Shown here: piece after piece, positions 51,302 to 63,520 of the stretch | How the letters are laid out: the number at the start of each line of letters is the position of its first letter | Position numbering within the stretch: position 1 is the first letter of the stretch | DNA from: Rhina ancylostomus | Lineage: Eukaryota | Assembly: GCA_030265395.1 (NCBI GenBank) | Contig: JARFYF010000022.1 | Coordinates: forward strand, 44,265,924 to 44,329,923 | DNA length: 64,000 bases | Reading direction: 5' to 3' | The notes under the pieces: model-generated | The model's input: the letters and a program-made list of their open reading frames with translations, nothing else | Database searches by the model: none | What the model was told of the DNA's origin: nothing | Program-made: the position numbers and the translations under genes

Positions 51302-51605
51302 GGTGGCACAGTGATGCAACACACACTGCTGCTGTCTAATGGTTTGATTCTGTCTGTGTGGAATTTACACAATCACCTTGTCACCGTCTGCATTTCCCCT
51401 GGGTGCTTCTGTTTCTTCCCATGTCCCAAAGACATGCTGATCAGTAGGTTAATTGGTTGCTGCAAGTTATCCCTGGTGCGGGCGGGTGGTAAAAGAATGG
51501 GCACGGGGGAGAGTATAGTTACAGGGAAAGAAGTTGGGATTGGGACTGATGGATTGCACCGAGCCAGAACACACTTCATGAGTTGAAGGGCCTCTTTCTA
51601 TGTCA
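51302..51605 (+). mobile_element. HE1/V-SINE-like SINE, diverged
   Basis: ggtggcacagtg head; tgtctgtgtggaattt...gggtgcttctgtttcttcccatgtcccaaagacatgc...aggttaattgg. Confidence 0.7.
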
Positions 51606-52049
51606 CAGGAAAAAATAAGTACATGCAAATGGGACCAGAGACTGAGATTAAATCTACAGAATTAATTATAGCATTGTTATGAGAATTAAGAGAGCTTTCA
51701 ATATTTGAATTGTTTTAAGGATTGATAGTGTTAAGCAAAAAGTAATCAAAGAAAATGCCTGACAATGGAGAAACATTTGTTGTGCAGTTCAGGAAAAATT
51801 ATGTAAATTAGAAGATAGTACATAGAGCTGCAAAAAAGAAAAGACTTGCCTCTTGCAGGCTCAAAACGCAAGTTCTGTCCCGACTGTGACAAATTCCAGG
51901 CTGACTAGCAGATTGATGGTAAATAATAACCTAGTTAAGTGAATAACTGAGGTACTATGAACATGCTGTAGCTTTGCTCTGCCCATTTTGAGATAACACA
52001 GGAAGTCAATTTCAGGTCACTCTTTATAGACCTGGGGTCCAAAATCAAA

Positions 52050-52730
52050 ACTCAGTTTTCAGTGTCCAAATACAATCCAGTATATTAGGAATACCTGCAC
52101 AGAAAAGGCAAGCTCGATGTATATTGAATGGAGGTCAAAGGACCTACATTGGGTGTAAATTTGTCACTGCTTTGGGGTAAACTAGATTATGCAAGTAATG
52201 GTTGAATGTAATGTTTTATTACACTTATTGTGTACAGCCCCAATTTCCATATCACAAACAAGCTGCAGACAGCAGCACAGAAGAGACTTATAGAGGAGCT
52301 CTAAGAAATGATTGTTAATAGCAACAGATTGTAAAGACTCAAGGTTAAAAGTGCTGCCCAATAGCGGTCTTTATGGAGTTGTGAAGGGGTTTGATAGGTA
52401 TGGAGAAATTTGTTTCCATTTGTGAAGAAATTCAAAACTTAAGGCAATGAATATAAAACAGTTACTAATAGGATTAAAAACAAGTTTCTCCTGAATATTT
52501 TATTAATACAGTTCAAGCAAAATGTGAAACTTGCAACCACATGGAGTACTTAAGTGAATAGCACTGATACATTTAAGGCAAAGTTAGCAAAGTGCTTTAA
52601 GGAGACTGGATGAGTAGGAAATGTTAAGAGGTTTGAAGAAGTTAAGTGGGAGGGTATTAGTTCAGAGAATGAGCATCAACACAGACCAATTAGGTCAAAG
52701 GACCTACATTGGGTGTAAATCTTAAGTAAT
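52050..52730 (+). mobile_element. Old CR1 3' fragment
   Basis: Degenerate blocks gtgaaggggtttgataggta...tgtggaac-like...gatacatttaagg..agacc. Confidence 0.5.
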
Positions 52731-54019
52731 GAATGAAGAGATGGGGACCACAACTAATCTCACACCTATGTTCTTGCCCAACGCCACATGGGTGCGATGG
52801 GATACTAAGGTAAAGATATTTAAATTTGGTGGATTATAGTGCAGTCAGTGAATCCTGGAGAACAGTAGGTGCACAGGTATCTAAATGTAGCACATGGTTT
52901 TGTATTATCAAGGAAACGCTGGAGAAAATAAAGATCATTAACCACCCAACGATTTTCAACTCCTCCACAACTATTGGGAGCTACAGCTAAGTGCTGCAGG
53001 CCATCATACTTTGATTGCTACAGCCAGAGAGGTTGTACTTTTCAATCATTTGAGATGGATAAAATCACAGTGGATCCTTTGGGACAATGATCAAATGCAT
53101 GCATGCATTCTTTGGGTGGGGTTGGGGGTGAAATATACAGAAGGCTGGATTTATCACAGATTAGTTCCCCCAAGTGTAAAAACTTGGTAATGTTATCTGC
53201 AGATTCTATTCAAGGAATCAGGTCCGAACCAGGTGGTCCTGCTTCTTCAGAGCATAACTGCAAAAGGAAGTCATTATATGTAGATACAGTCAGGATTACT
53301 CTCTACAAGAAGCCATTGAATCTGACCGGGGGGAGGGGGGGGGGCACTGTTGGAAAAACATTTGGTCAACTCACACTCTCACTCAGAAAATATTGCATAC
53401 ATGCCAATTCCAAAAGAATGTCTAAGCATTACTTAGTTACTGCAACCCATACTGTATAATTTGATCACATTCTCAATTTGCTTAAATTCAAAATGAATGC
53501 ATGTTTGTTACAATGGATCACTGTACTGCAGGGATGCATCATGGTCAACTGCTGGCAGAACTGGTATACTTATGAAATCAAATCAGAATGTGGAAACATC
53601 CTTTATCTCCATTAGCTATGTAATCACTTATGCTCTGGAACAAAACTCACTGACCATTTCAAAGAGCAGAAGAAATAAATCACTGCTTGGAGGGATTAGT
53701 AATGGGAAAAAAGGGTTTCTTTTGCTGAATTCCTAAGCAGTTTTAAACACCACATTGGAGCGAAGGCAACATCTCCATTAAATGGCAGCATACTAGCTTG
53801 ACGAGCTCGGTGTGGTTTATGGCCACAGCACAATACATGAGCAAGTTAGTTTCAGCCGTAAATATGCTGATTAATCTCATTCNNNNNNNNNNNNNNNATT
53901 CCATCAAAACATTCTACAGAGATAAGAGTTTAAATTAGATATGAAAGGAATGTGAATGAACATTTAAGTTGGCTTAAACTATATACTTGCAGATGATGTG
54001 GATTCGCAAATAGCAAAAT

Positions 54020-54560
54020 ATATGCTAGAAATTTGAAATAAAGGCAGAAAATGTTGGAAACATTCATCTATGGAGAATGGGTTAATATTTTTCTTCCTGG
54101 AGCAAATATTTTTTCTTATGACCTCTTTTTACACTTAATAACTTTGCTTTTAACCCAACTCACATCCTCTAAATAAAATGTTGCTATGGGAACCTGCATG
54201 GTCTTCTGGTGCTGCATCCTGTTCTCTCTCTGTGAGTTTCATTAAATTTGCTTTCAATTTCCAACCCTTGCTTACCAAGTTGACCATCTCTGACATGTGT
54301 TTGATTTTCTTGACTTCAGGTGGCAGTCCCCACTCACATTTATTATAAGAGTCCAATGACATCCTCTACAACCAATATTTATTTCTTCCATTTCACTTAC
54401 TGTAGAGGACTTGATACACTTCGTGTCTCTATTGCAAAATAAAAATGGCTCTGACAAAATGTCCTAAGACCAAACATTAACCCTATCTTCCAAGATGCAA
54501 CCCCAACTTGTTAATTATTCATACATTTGCTGGATGTAAATTTTGCAGTTTTCTACAATA
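54020..54560. mobile_element. Old Penelope-like remnant (RT fragment on + with pLTR pieces)
   Basis: FIKFAFNFQPLL / ISD...FLD / IYYK-like peptides at ~54235-54350; pLTR-like pieces at 54022-54090 and 54450-54530. Confidence 0.45.
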
Positions 54561-57147
54561 CTTGTGGGTGATCCTTGTGCTCTTGTCTATTGATTGTACG
54601 TCTGACCAGTTGACTTGGTAAATCTAAATCTGGAAAACAGCCATTGAAAATACGTGACTATACAGGAATTTAAGTCTTCAGCATGTGTTGGGTACTACTT
54701 CAGTTTGTTTCACATCTGCACAAGGACATATTAAACTCTGCAAATTCATGCTGATGTAATGCATAAATGCCATACTTATCTTGACTGAGGATTAATGATC
54801 AATATTTATAGTTTACCTGAAAACCCTCTGATCTCCTGTAAGCATTTCTAGGATCTTATTTAAATTGCTTGCTTAATTAACTGCAAGAATTTCCCCCAGG
54901 TTTCAGGCACCACACTTTTCAGATCTTTTTTTAACCTTGTTTTGTAAATTTCAAGAATAAAATCTAATAATTTAGCCTCATGAAAATATTTTAGCATGGC
55001 TAGTACTATCTGTCTTTAGAAGTGACCAGGGATGTAACAAATTGATATGTATTATTCAGTCGCAATACGAGAAGGGGATTGGATTTTGGGAAGATGGAAG
55101 TTTGTTTTTCCCCATTAACTATCTTATATTAATGCAAGTTGTTGCTGTTACTTCAAGCTTACATTTCATATCATGAGAGCAGGTTCACCAAAGGAAATTA
55201 CAGTTTGTGATGAGACAAAAAATGTATTAGCAGCAATATCAAGTACTCACAATTAATTATTGTCATATTCTCCACACGATCATTATTCTAAAACAACACA
55301 ATTTTGAAGGTTATGAAAAAAAGTAAATGCTAATAAGGGTTCTCATTCTGCTGCCAGTTTTACTTTTGATCTGAATATTAACAGCTTTCTTTGCCAGTTT
55401 TGTCCTTTGTATCTTGCTACACAGTATCATTAAGGTCCAGTTATTCAACCTGGCAGAAGATGAGTATGGAGGACATTACAGTCAAGAAGAAGCTTATACA
55501 TTTCAAATTTGCACAACTTCGTGCTTTCCAAATGAAGTCACTAAGACATTTCACTTGCTTTTCCCTCCCTGTCTTAGTGCACCAAATACTATTGTCTGCC
55601 TACCAAGCACCAGTCAGCAAACTGCATCTGATCCGACTCGTCTATGTTGGTTTTACCAAACAAGTCATACAGTAGATTTTAGAGTGTACCTCTGAGTGAC
55701 ACCGTTTACCACAGAGATGAACAATGGAACAAAGAAATGACAATGATCTCAAAAGTCATGAACTCAAGTGGTTTCCAAAGAGAACGTGAACTGAAAGATA
55801 AGTCTTTGTATGTTAGCAAAGCATAACAATTTATAGCTTTAAACTCACAGACAGCAGTTTATTGCTGAATGTGACAGACAAAAAATGTACCGATAAGAAA
55901 TAGTAGTATATTGTAAATTAAGGGCTAAATATGATTGGGTCATAGGAAAGGAAGGCAAATAGTATACTTCGATAATATCTCACTTCCCAACAAGCAAAAA
56001 TCACAACAGTCTCTTTGAAGTTGAACCAACGTCAGATAGGAAAGGTTATAAACATTGTTGGTTTCATAATCGACTCACTGCAGTTACCAAATGACATTAT
56101 GTAGACAAAGTTATTTTGAAACATTTATCATATCATTAATTTAAATATCAGTCTCCAGCTTTTTCTCAACTAGGCATTATGATGAGCAGAACAGAAAATG
56201 TCTTAATAAAGGCAATAGAGACATTTACTGACAGTTCTGACCTGACTGCGAAGAATATTTGCATGCAGGAGTGTTAAGGGAAGCACTGATGTCAAGGGGA
56301 TAAGGAATAAAGAAATAAAGATTTTGGGATACATCCAGAAATGCTTCTGCAACCATTTTGTTTTATTTAGATTACTATTTCAGCCCTCAACACTGATTAT
56401 TTGGTTGCAAATCAAATCTGAAAAAAAATCTTTTGGTTTTGAAGTAGATTTTCTTCTTGTTTATCTGTTGATTTTATAAATTGCAATGAGTATCAATTCA
56501 ATGAAAAAAATATCTTTAATATGACTAATGTTCAGAATTGGGTTTAAAAACTTTGTAAAAGATCAATATTAAGTAGTGACAGAAAATCACTGACTATCTT
56601 TGAAGCAACCTCCTCCCTCCCCTTCTTCCCAAAAAAAGTGTTCTGTACATGCACCATTGTCAGGGTGGGCAGGCAGCAATCAGGAAAAGTCAATTCTTCA
56701 CATAGCTAGTTCAGAAGAAACTCTTCATTAATAGTCTCTTCCATCTGCCATGTTGTTTGGTTAGTAATTACAAATGTAAGTATAAATGGCTGAATTTTTC
56801 ACCTAGTGCCGAAGGTGAAGGCAAGCACACCCTGATATGTTAAATTAAGTACAACCAACATTAAATATTAATGCAAATATAAATTTCCATTCTGGCTGTA
56901 CTTGCACAACAGACAACAGACTTTTCCCATTTTTTTTTACATAACTGAAGACCTATGACCATTTTACTTAACTGATCTCATTACCTGTGACCTTCAATCC
57001 ACTTTTCATAAAGATGGAAATAGAACTGTAAAACTGTTCCAGTATATTCCCCAGTAAACTGAAGATCATTCCCTGCAGGTTCAATATAGCATTTGGCAGT
57101 TCAGACAATAACAGATTTTTTTTTCTTTTTACACATACAGAGACAGT

Positions 57148-57280
57148 ATGTGTGTGTGTGCGTGTGGGTGTGTGTGTATGTGTGCGTGCGTGTGCATGTG
57201 TGTGCAGTGATTGTTTGGGATATGTGTGTATATTTGTATTTATATAATATATATTTGCATTTTTTATATATATATATACA
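57148..57280. repeat. Imperfect (GT)n and (AT)n tracts in the PHF21A-like 3' UTR
   Basis: Visible in the sequence. Confidence 0.9.
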
Positions 57281-58130
57281 GAATCTGCTCAATTTCTAAC
57301 ACTTTGTTTTCTATAAATCACCTCGTTAGGAAACAAAAGCACTCAACAGTTTTTCTTGATCTAATTTCCGTAACACTAGGAAGACCTGAATATTTCCCAA
57401 AGCTTAAAACCCCCCAAAATCTCAGGACAAATTCAGTCTGCCCATCTTGTGTCTTTCCAGTGTAAGACACTGAAACAACTACTTGTACAATGAACAACCA
57501 CATGACATTTTAAAACAAAATTAAAAAGAAACACTCCTCATCATAAGCCATGCACGGTTTTGGTGCCACCACCTACCCTCCCAATAATAAACCTCCATTT
57601 GTGGTTTTTGTATTTAAAACAAAAATAGGAATATCATTGTACTCTGTGCTGTGCCCATTACACAATATATCTGTCTGTCTGTATTTCTGATTCAGCCTTT
57701 GCTACTTCAATCACAGTCAATGACTGGGACCATCATGTTCTCATGCTTTTCAACCTTTGCTTTCTGCACAATGTTTCCCCATCATGTTGCATTGCATTAA
57801 ATATCTGCTAATCTGCTCAAGTGGTCCTGGACTCGAGAATCATGAAAATGCATTCCATGACCAGGGCAGCTCATTAAGTCATCACCATTGTTTTCTACCT
57901 ATATCCCTGAAGAATAGACAAACTAAAAACCAAACTGGTGGCAGCAGGCACACACTGGTATTTCACTTGGCTTGACGCTGGTTCTTACCAAGCTGGCACT
58001 CCCAATGTGGATCTATAAGAACACAATCCAGCACAGAATCCCCCTTCAATTGGCAAGTCAGGAACAGCCTGTCACAATTTTGTTCCCAGAAAGGTTTGTA
58101 AGTTCTACAGTATCTAGCCCTTTCTTTCAG

Positions 58131-58349
58131 CTACTTGGTCTCTAAATTACTGTCACAGTTCACTGGTGAAGGTTCAACGGTGGGAGAGTTCATATAGTCT
58201 GTGGGATTGTTGACTGCCTCATCTGTTGGTGTAGCATTTTTTGTGAGCTGTATACCCTGGATCAGGTGTATCAGCCGTTTTACTTTTTCCAACGAGGACT
58301 GCATATCCTTCTGCCGAGCGAGCAATGTGTTCTTAGTCTCCATACATTT
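58131..58349 (-). CDS. PHF21A: PHD finger protein 21A-like, last coding exon (KCMETKNTLLARQKDMQSSLEKVKRLIHLIQG...NLETK*)
   Basis: Minus-strand acceptor (plus ct at 58350-58351) with pyrimidine tract, TAG at 58133-58131. Closely matches the recalled PHF21A/BHC80 C-terminus ([24 protein letters not shown]...ETK). Confidence 0.88.
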   Translation of the reverse strand, partial: KCMETKNTLLARQKDMQSSLEKVKRLIHLIQGIQLTKNATPTDEAVNNPTDYMNSPTVEPSPVNCDSNLETK

Positions 58350-60264
58350 CTAAAGAAAAAGAAAAATCTCTTAGTGTGATCAGCTATCAGTTTTACTGAG
58401 AAACTCATTGATTCCATTTCCATTCTTCCGTGTAATTTTTCATTTCCAATTCCCAGACTTGGGAGACTCCTCACTTATTCTTTTACTAGTTTATACCAAT
58501 AACCCTCATAATACCAAATGAAAATCAATAGTATGAATCTGAAATTGCCCATTTTAGTTAAAACACACATAATGATATCATGTTAAAGGGAGGAAGATTT
58601 TGGTGCTTTGTAAGAGTAAAGGGAATTGGGAGCTCAAGTTCATAAGGCACGGTTAAGTTCATAAGTGCCTAGCAAAAAAGATAATAAAGCAAACTTATGG
58701 ACTGATTAGTTGACAGCCAGAGATAGAGAAGATAAATTTTTTGTAAAACTAGTCAGAATATTGTGTATATCCTTGAGCTCCACAATGTAGAAAGTATAAG
58801 CTGGCAAAACAACACACCTCATGAAGATTCACCAGATGTTATCTAGGCCAAGTAAATGCAAATACAGACACTTTATATGTTACAAGGGAGATTATTGTTG
58901 TTGAGGTGNNNNNNNNNNNNNNNNNNNNNNNNNNNNNNNNNNNNNNNNNNNNNNNNNNNNNNNNNNNNNNNNNNNNNNNNNNNNNNNNNNNNNNNNNNNN
59001 NNNNNNNNAAATACAGACACTTTATATTTTACAAGTGGGATTATTGTTGTTGAGGTGACTCAGTACCTCAAATTTTCACAATGTAGAGGCTTAACAAAGA
59101 TATTTAAATTGTTCATTTCTGAAAATACAGACTGAAATAGAAACCAGTATTGCATAATTAAGATAATTAAGTCACTAAATACAACAAAATGACTTACTGT
59201 GTCCATGGAACTTCATTTTAAACTGTTCCAAAAGCATTTTTATACACATTTCTTTGCATTCTGTACACAAGACCCCTACAACATTTTTTATATCAATTAC
59301 CACATTGTCATTGACAATCAGCACTTATTACCTATCCTTAACTATTCTTAAGGTGGCGGCAACTGCACAACTGCATTCTTGAACTACTACAGTTCTTCTA
59401 CTGAAGTTGTCTGCATAGTGCAGCTGGATAAGGAAAGGAGTACCAGGATTCAGACCCAGCAATGAAATAGTTCCACATCAGGATGGCATGTGCCTTGGAG
59501 AGGAACTTGTCGGTAATGGTGTTCCCATAAACCTTGTCTTTCTTGGTGGGATACATTGTTGGCTTGGGAAGCACTGTTGAGGAAACCTAGGCAAGTAACT
59601 GCAAGTGGAGAGACTGGATATTTAAGACTGTGTGTAAATCAAAAAGGTCATTTTGTCCCAGCTAGAATCAAGCTCCTTGAATACTGCTGCATTGACTTCA
59701 AGAGCACAATATTGCATCATAACCCCAACTTGTGCTTGTAGATGGCAAAAAGACTTGGGGGAAGGTGGGGGGAAATCAGGAGGTATGTAACTTGCCAAAG
59801 AATTACTAACTTCTAACCTGCTCTTGTAGCCAAAGTACTTATGTAGTTAGCAATATCTTTCAACAGTAATCCTCAGAATGTGATAGCAAGGGGCTCAGTA
59901 ATGGCAAAATCATTGAATATTAAGAGGGTTGTTCGGTATTCTCTCGTTGGAGATGTTCATTTCCTCACACTTCTGTGGTTCAAGTTATTTGTAAGAAGAT
60001 TTTAGCATGGATGTTACTGTATAAAATCATTCTTGAATGGTGCTGTCATCTCCCATATACTACGATACCATAGTACCATTAGGTACTAGATTTATGTTCT
60101 ACTTGACCCTCTGAATTTAAAGACTTATCTCAAACACATCCTGCGTCAGCATTACCANNNNNNNNNNCTGGTTGCTAAAAATTAGTTTGGTTGCAGTGGT
60201 TCCAGACAAGAATTTTAGTAGTAATTAAATCTTTTAGTTGAAAAGACACAAGCTTAAATTTTAG

Positions 60265-61450
60265 AGCATGAAAGGAGGCCATTCAATCCAATAAGCCTAT
60301 GTCAGCTCTCTCAGTCACATTTCCCAGCTCTTTCCCATAGCCATGCAATTCCTTAAGCATCTATCCAAATGTTTTTTGAAAGCTTTGATTCAATCATTTT
60401 TCACCATCTTTTTAGGCAGTGAATTTCAGATCATGGTGACTTAATTGCATGCTGAAGTTTTTCCTCATGTCACTCCTGGTCCTTTGGTCAATTACTTTAA
60501 ATTTATGTTTACTAGGTCTTGCTAATGGAAACAGGTTCCATTCATTCAGGACCCTTAATGATTCTGAACACGTCAATCAAACTAACTCTCCGCTTTGTCT
60601 GTTCTAAGCAGAGCTACTCCCGCTTCTCAAGTCCATTCATACAACTTAATCCCTCATCTGTCAGACCATTCCACAAAATCATTTCTGAAACCTCTTTAGG
60701 ACATTCACATCTTGTAAGGCAGAACCGGACGCAATAGTTAACTTGCGGCTGAATCAGCATTTGGTTCAACAGTATCTACAGAAGCACAGATCGATATCAA
60801 GGTAAAGCCCAGCAATTTTCTTAAATTGTCTTGCTTTGTTCAAAGATTTTTGCACATACACACTCACTGTTACTGTATCTGATTTACAATCATAACCTTA
60901 ATAATTTGCCTCTCTATGTCATCTCTTTTTACCCATTTCTGAGCATTAAACATCATATGGCCATCCATTCCACCAGTCTATCTGTATTCTCCTCAAGCCC
61001 ACCAATATCTTCCTTATTCTTTACCAATTTCCAACTTGTGACTCATCAGCAAATTCTGAAACAGTGCTGGGTTCAAGTCATTAATATATTTCAAGAAAGC
61101 CAGTGGTCCTAAAACTGACCTTTGGAAAACATCACTGCAACTTCTCCCAGCCCACAAAATACTTCTTCACCATGACTCTTCGTGTTCCCAAATCAAAATT
61201 ATATCCTTGCTGCCAAGGCCATTTTACTCCATAGACTGACAAGCTGATTACACTGCGCTTTACTAAATGGCTTCTGAAAGTCTAGAACATTACTTGCATT
61301 GTCTCATAAACCTTCTGTTGCCTCAAAAGATCCAATCAAGTTGTTGATATAAAATTTGACTCATGTTGGCTTTCTTTTATTCATTTACACTTGTGTGAAT
61401 AATTATTAACAGTCTCCAAACGTACTTACATGCAGCTTCTCTGCTGCTGA
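60265..61450 (-). mobile_element. Old, long CR1 fragment in the last PHF21A intron
   Basis: ggaggccattcaatcc tail followed by degenerate RT-region blocks (cagaaccggacgcaata, gtggtcctaaaactgacc, atccaatcaagtt). Confidence 0.55.
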
Positions 61451-62526
61451 GGTTAAACTCTAGCCTGCAGTTCCTTTATCATTTTACAAATTACTGACCA
61501 ATCTCTCCTGTGCACTTTGCAAGCTTGGTGCAATGTTCTGAAAGCAAGAGATATTTTCTATATCCTTCAAATTTATTGTCACCATCATGCTTAATCAGTA
61601 AAACAATTAGAAGAATAATTTGTCCAACTAGTGATCTAGGATATTTTTCTTGATTTTTTTTAGAAAAGAAAGATTGGTTGAAAGTAAAAAAATCAAGTCA
61701 TAAAAATGGAATCCCAGTGCATTTGTCAATTACATACATCTCATCACCATTCCCAACGCCATTCACTATTTTGTTCCACACCATGTGACAAGAANNNNGA
61801 AATGAGGTTAATTAATGCATACACACTTCAATAAGTGAAATAAGACAAAATACTTTTCAGCATGAACGTGATACAGAAATCGCTGAGAAAAAGGCAAAGT
61901 CTTCAACTGTAACTAATGGCTTCATGTTAAACATTAGTTGATAAAATCACATGAAGTGTCCTTGAAAATTTTGCAGTGTTATGTGTGCTATGCATCTATC
62001 TAACCAACTAACCAAACCACAGAACGGCTCATAGAATCATCGACAATTTATAACTCAAATGGTCATTCAGCCCATCTTATCTATGACAATTGAGAGAGCT
62101 ACCCAACTTAATCCCATCTTCCAACACTTGATATGTAGTTTTGCAAGTGACATCAAATCTTAAACTTAAATATTTGTTTTGTGATTAACAATGGGACTGA
62201 GTGAAATCTGGGCATCTAATTCACTCACTCCAGTCTGTCATTTCATCTTTAAGTTGGTAGTCAATCAGTTCCATCTGGGTGGGGGATAGAAATTTTTGTC
62301 ACATACTAAAATCATTCATGGATTGAAGTGCTGCAGCTTAGAACACTTATGACTGACATAAGAAGGTATCTTCTGCCCTTATATACACCAGTTCTTTTTC
62401 AAAATCTGGTTCCCAAGCATGAAGAACAAACCGCCAAGGATTTGCTACATTTCAGAGAATTTAGGATGATGGTTACAGGTTTATTGCAGGGCAACCTGCT
62501 CTTATCTTCAGAACTGATTTACTCAC

Positions 62527-62630
62527 CGTTATGGAGTTGCTCAGCTGCTTAACTTTCTGTTCCAACTGTTCTCGCTCCTGTTTTAGTTCTGCACTCCACT
62601 TTAACAACTTTTGTTTTTCCTCTTCTTTTG
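62527..62630 (-). CDS. PHF21A: PHF21A-like penultimate coding exon ([34 protein letters not shown]), coiled coil; gene continues beyond the window
   Basis: Acceptor ttttctag and donor acg|gtgagt on the minus strand, 104 nt, joins the last exon in frame. Confidence 0.9.
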
Positions 62631-63119
62631 CTAGAAAATAGAGAAAATACAATTTCAGAAGCTGTACTACACACAATCCAATGCTCAATGGATTTTACCA
62701 ATACAATTTGTCCAAGAAAGTTGAAAAGTGGGACAGAATGTCAAAGAACCATTTTCATTTGAATTGCCATGTAATCCTAAGATCTTAAACCAGGATGTTG
62801 CACACTTTTCAATTTCCCTCAGAGCTCATTTGTTCTTATGTTTTTGATTACACATAATAATCCATTGATTTTACACACTGTAAAATACCTGTTATGTAAC
62901 AACTCCAGCTGGGATTTTACAAACACCTTAACTTTAAATGACAGCTCCCTTCACAACAACTTGGCAAAGCCACCACAAAAGTAGTTAAAATCAACCTAGG
63001 CATTCTGGGAAGAAGCAACCAACATTCATGGTGCTGCAGGCACAAACCCACCATCCAGATGGAAGGAAATGTGAGAAGCATCCAATGCAGGGAACAAATA
63101 CCTAATCACTGATTCCAAA

Positions 63120-63300
63120 GCAGAGGTCCCTGCCTTCAACCCCCCCTTAAGATGGACAGCCCTTAACAGACTATGTCCACATCATGGACAATGCGGCCAT
63201 CTCCTCTACCAACGAAAGTTGCTGGATGTTCCGAAGTATACACAATGGAAGACATCACATCAAACTCTTCAAGCAGTTATGTTACGTGGCACCTTATTTT
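63120..63300 (+). mobile_element. Ingi/Vingi-like LINE C-terminal remnant
   Basis: VPAFNPP then WTALNRLCPHHGQCGHLLYQRK starting at 63153. Confidence 0.45.
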
Positions 63301-63520
63301 TCCATATGGCATCTCAGGAAGCTGTTAATTGGCTTGGCATAGTGGACTCCCAAGTGCACTTTATATAAAAGAAATATGTAACAAAGAACCCTTGCCAGAA
63401 ACATAGCACGGTTTCTTTTTTTGCCCCACTAATGTTTACTTACATTTTCTTGCAATATGAATTATGCTGCATCTCTGATAGCCAAAATAATTTTCCTCAC
63501 AAGTTAACATAATCTTAGAG

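Noticed and set aside
39294-55695. Short ORFs between the two genes (e.g. 43179-43391, 55391-55675)
   Set aside because: No recognisable domains or consistent splice structure; lengths fit chance ORFs.
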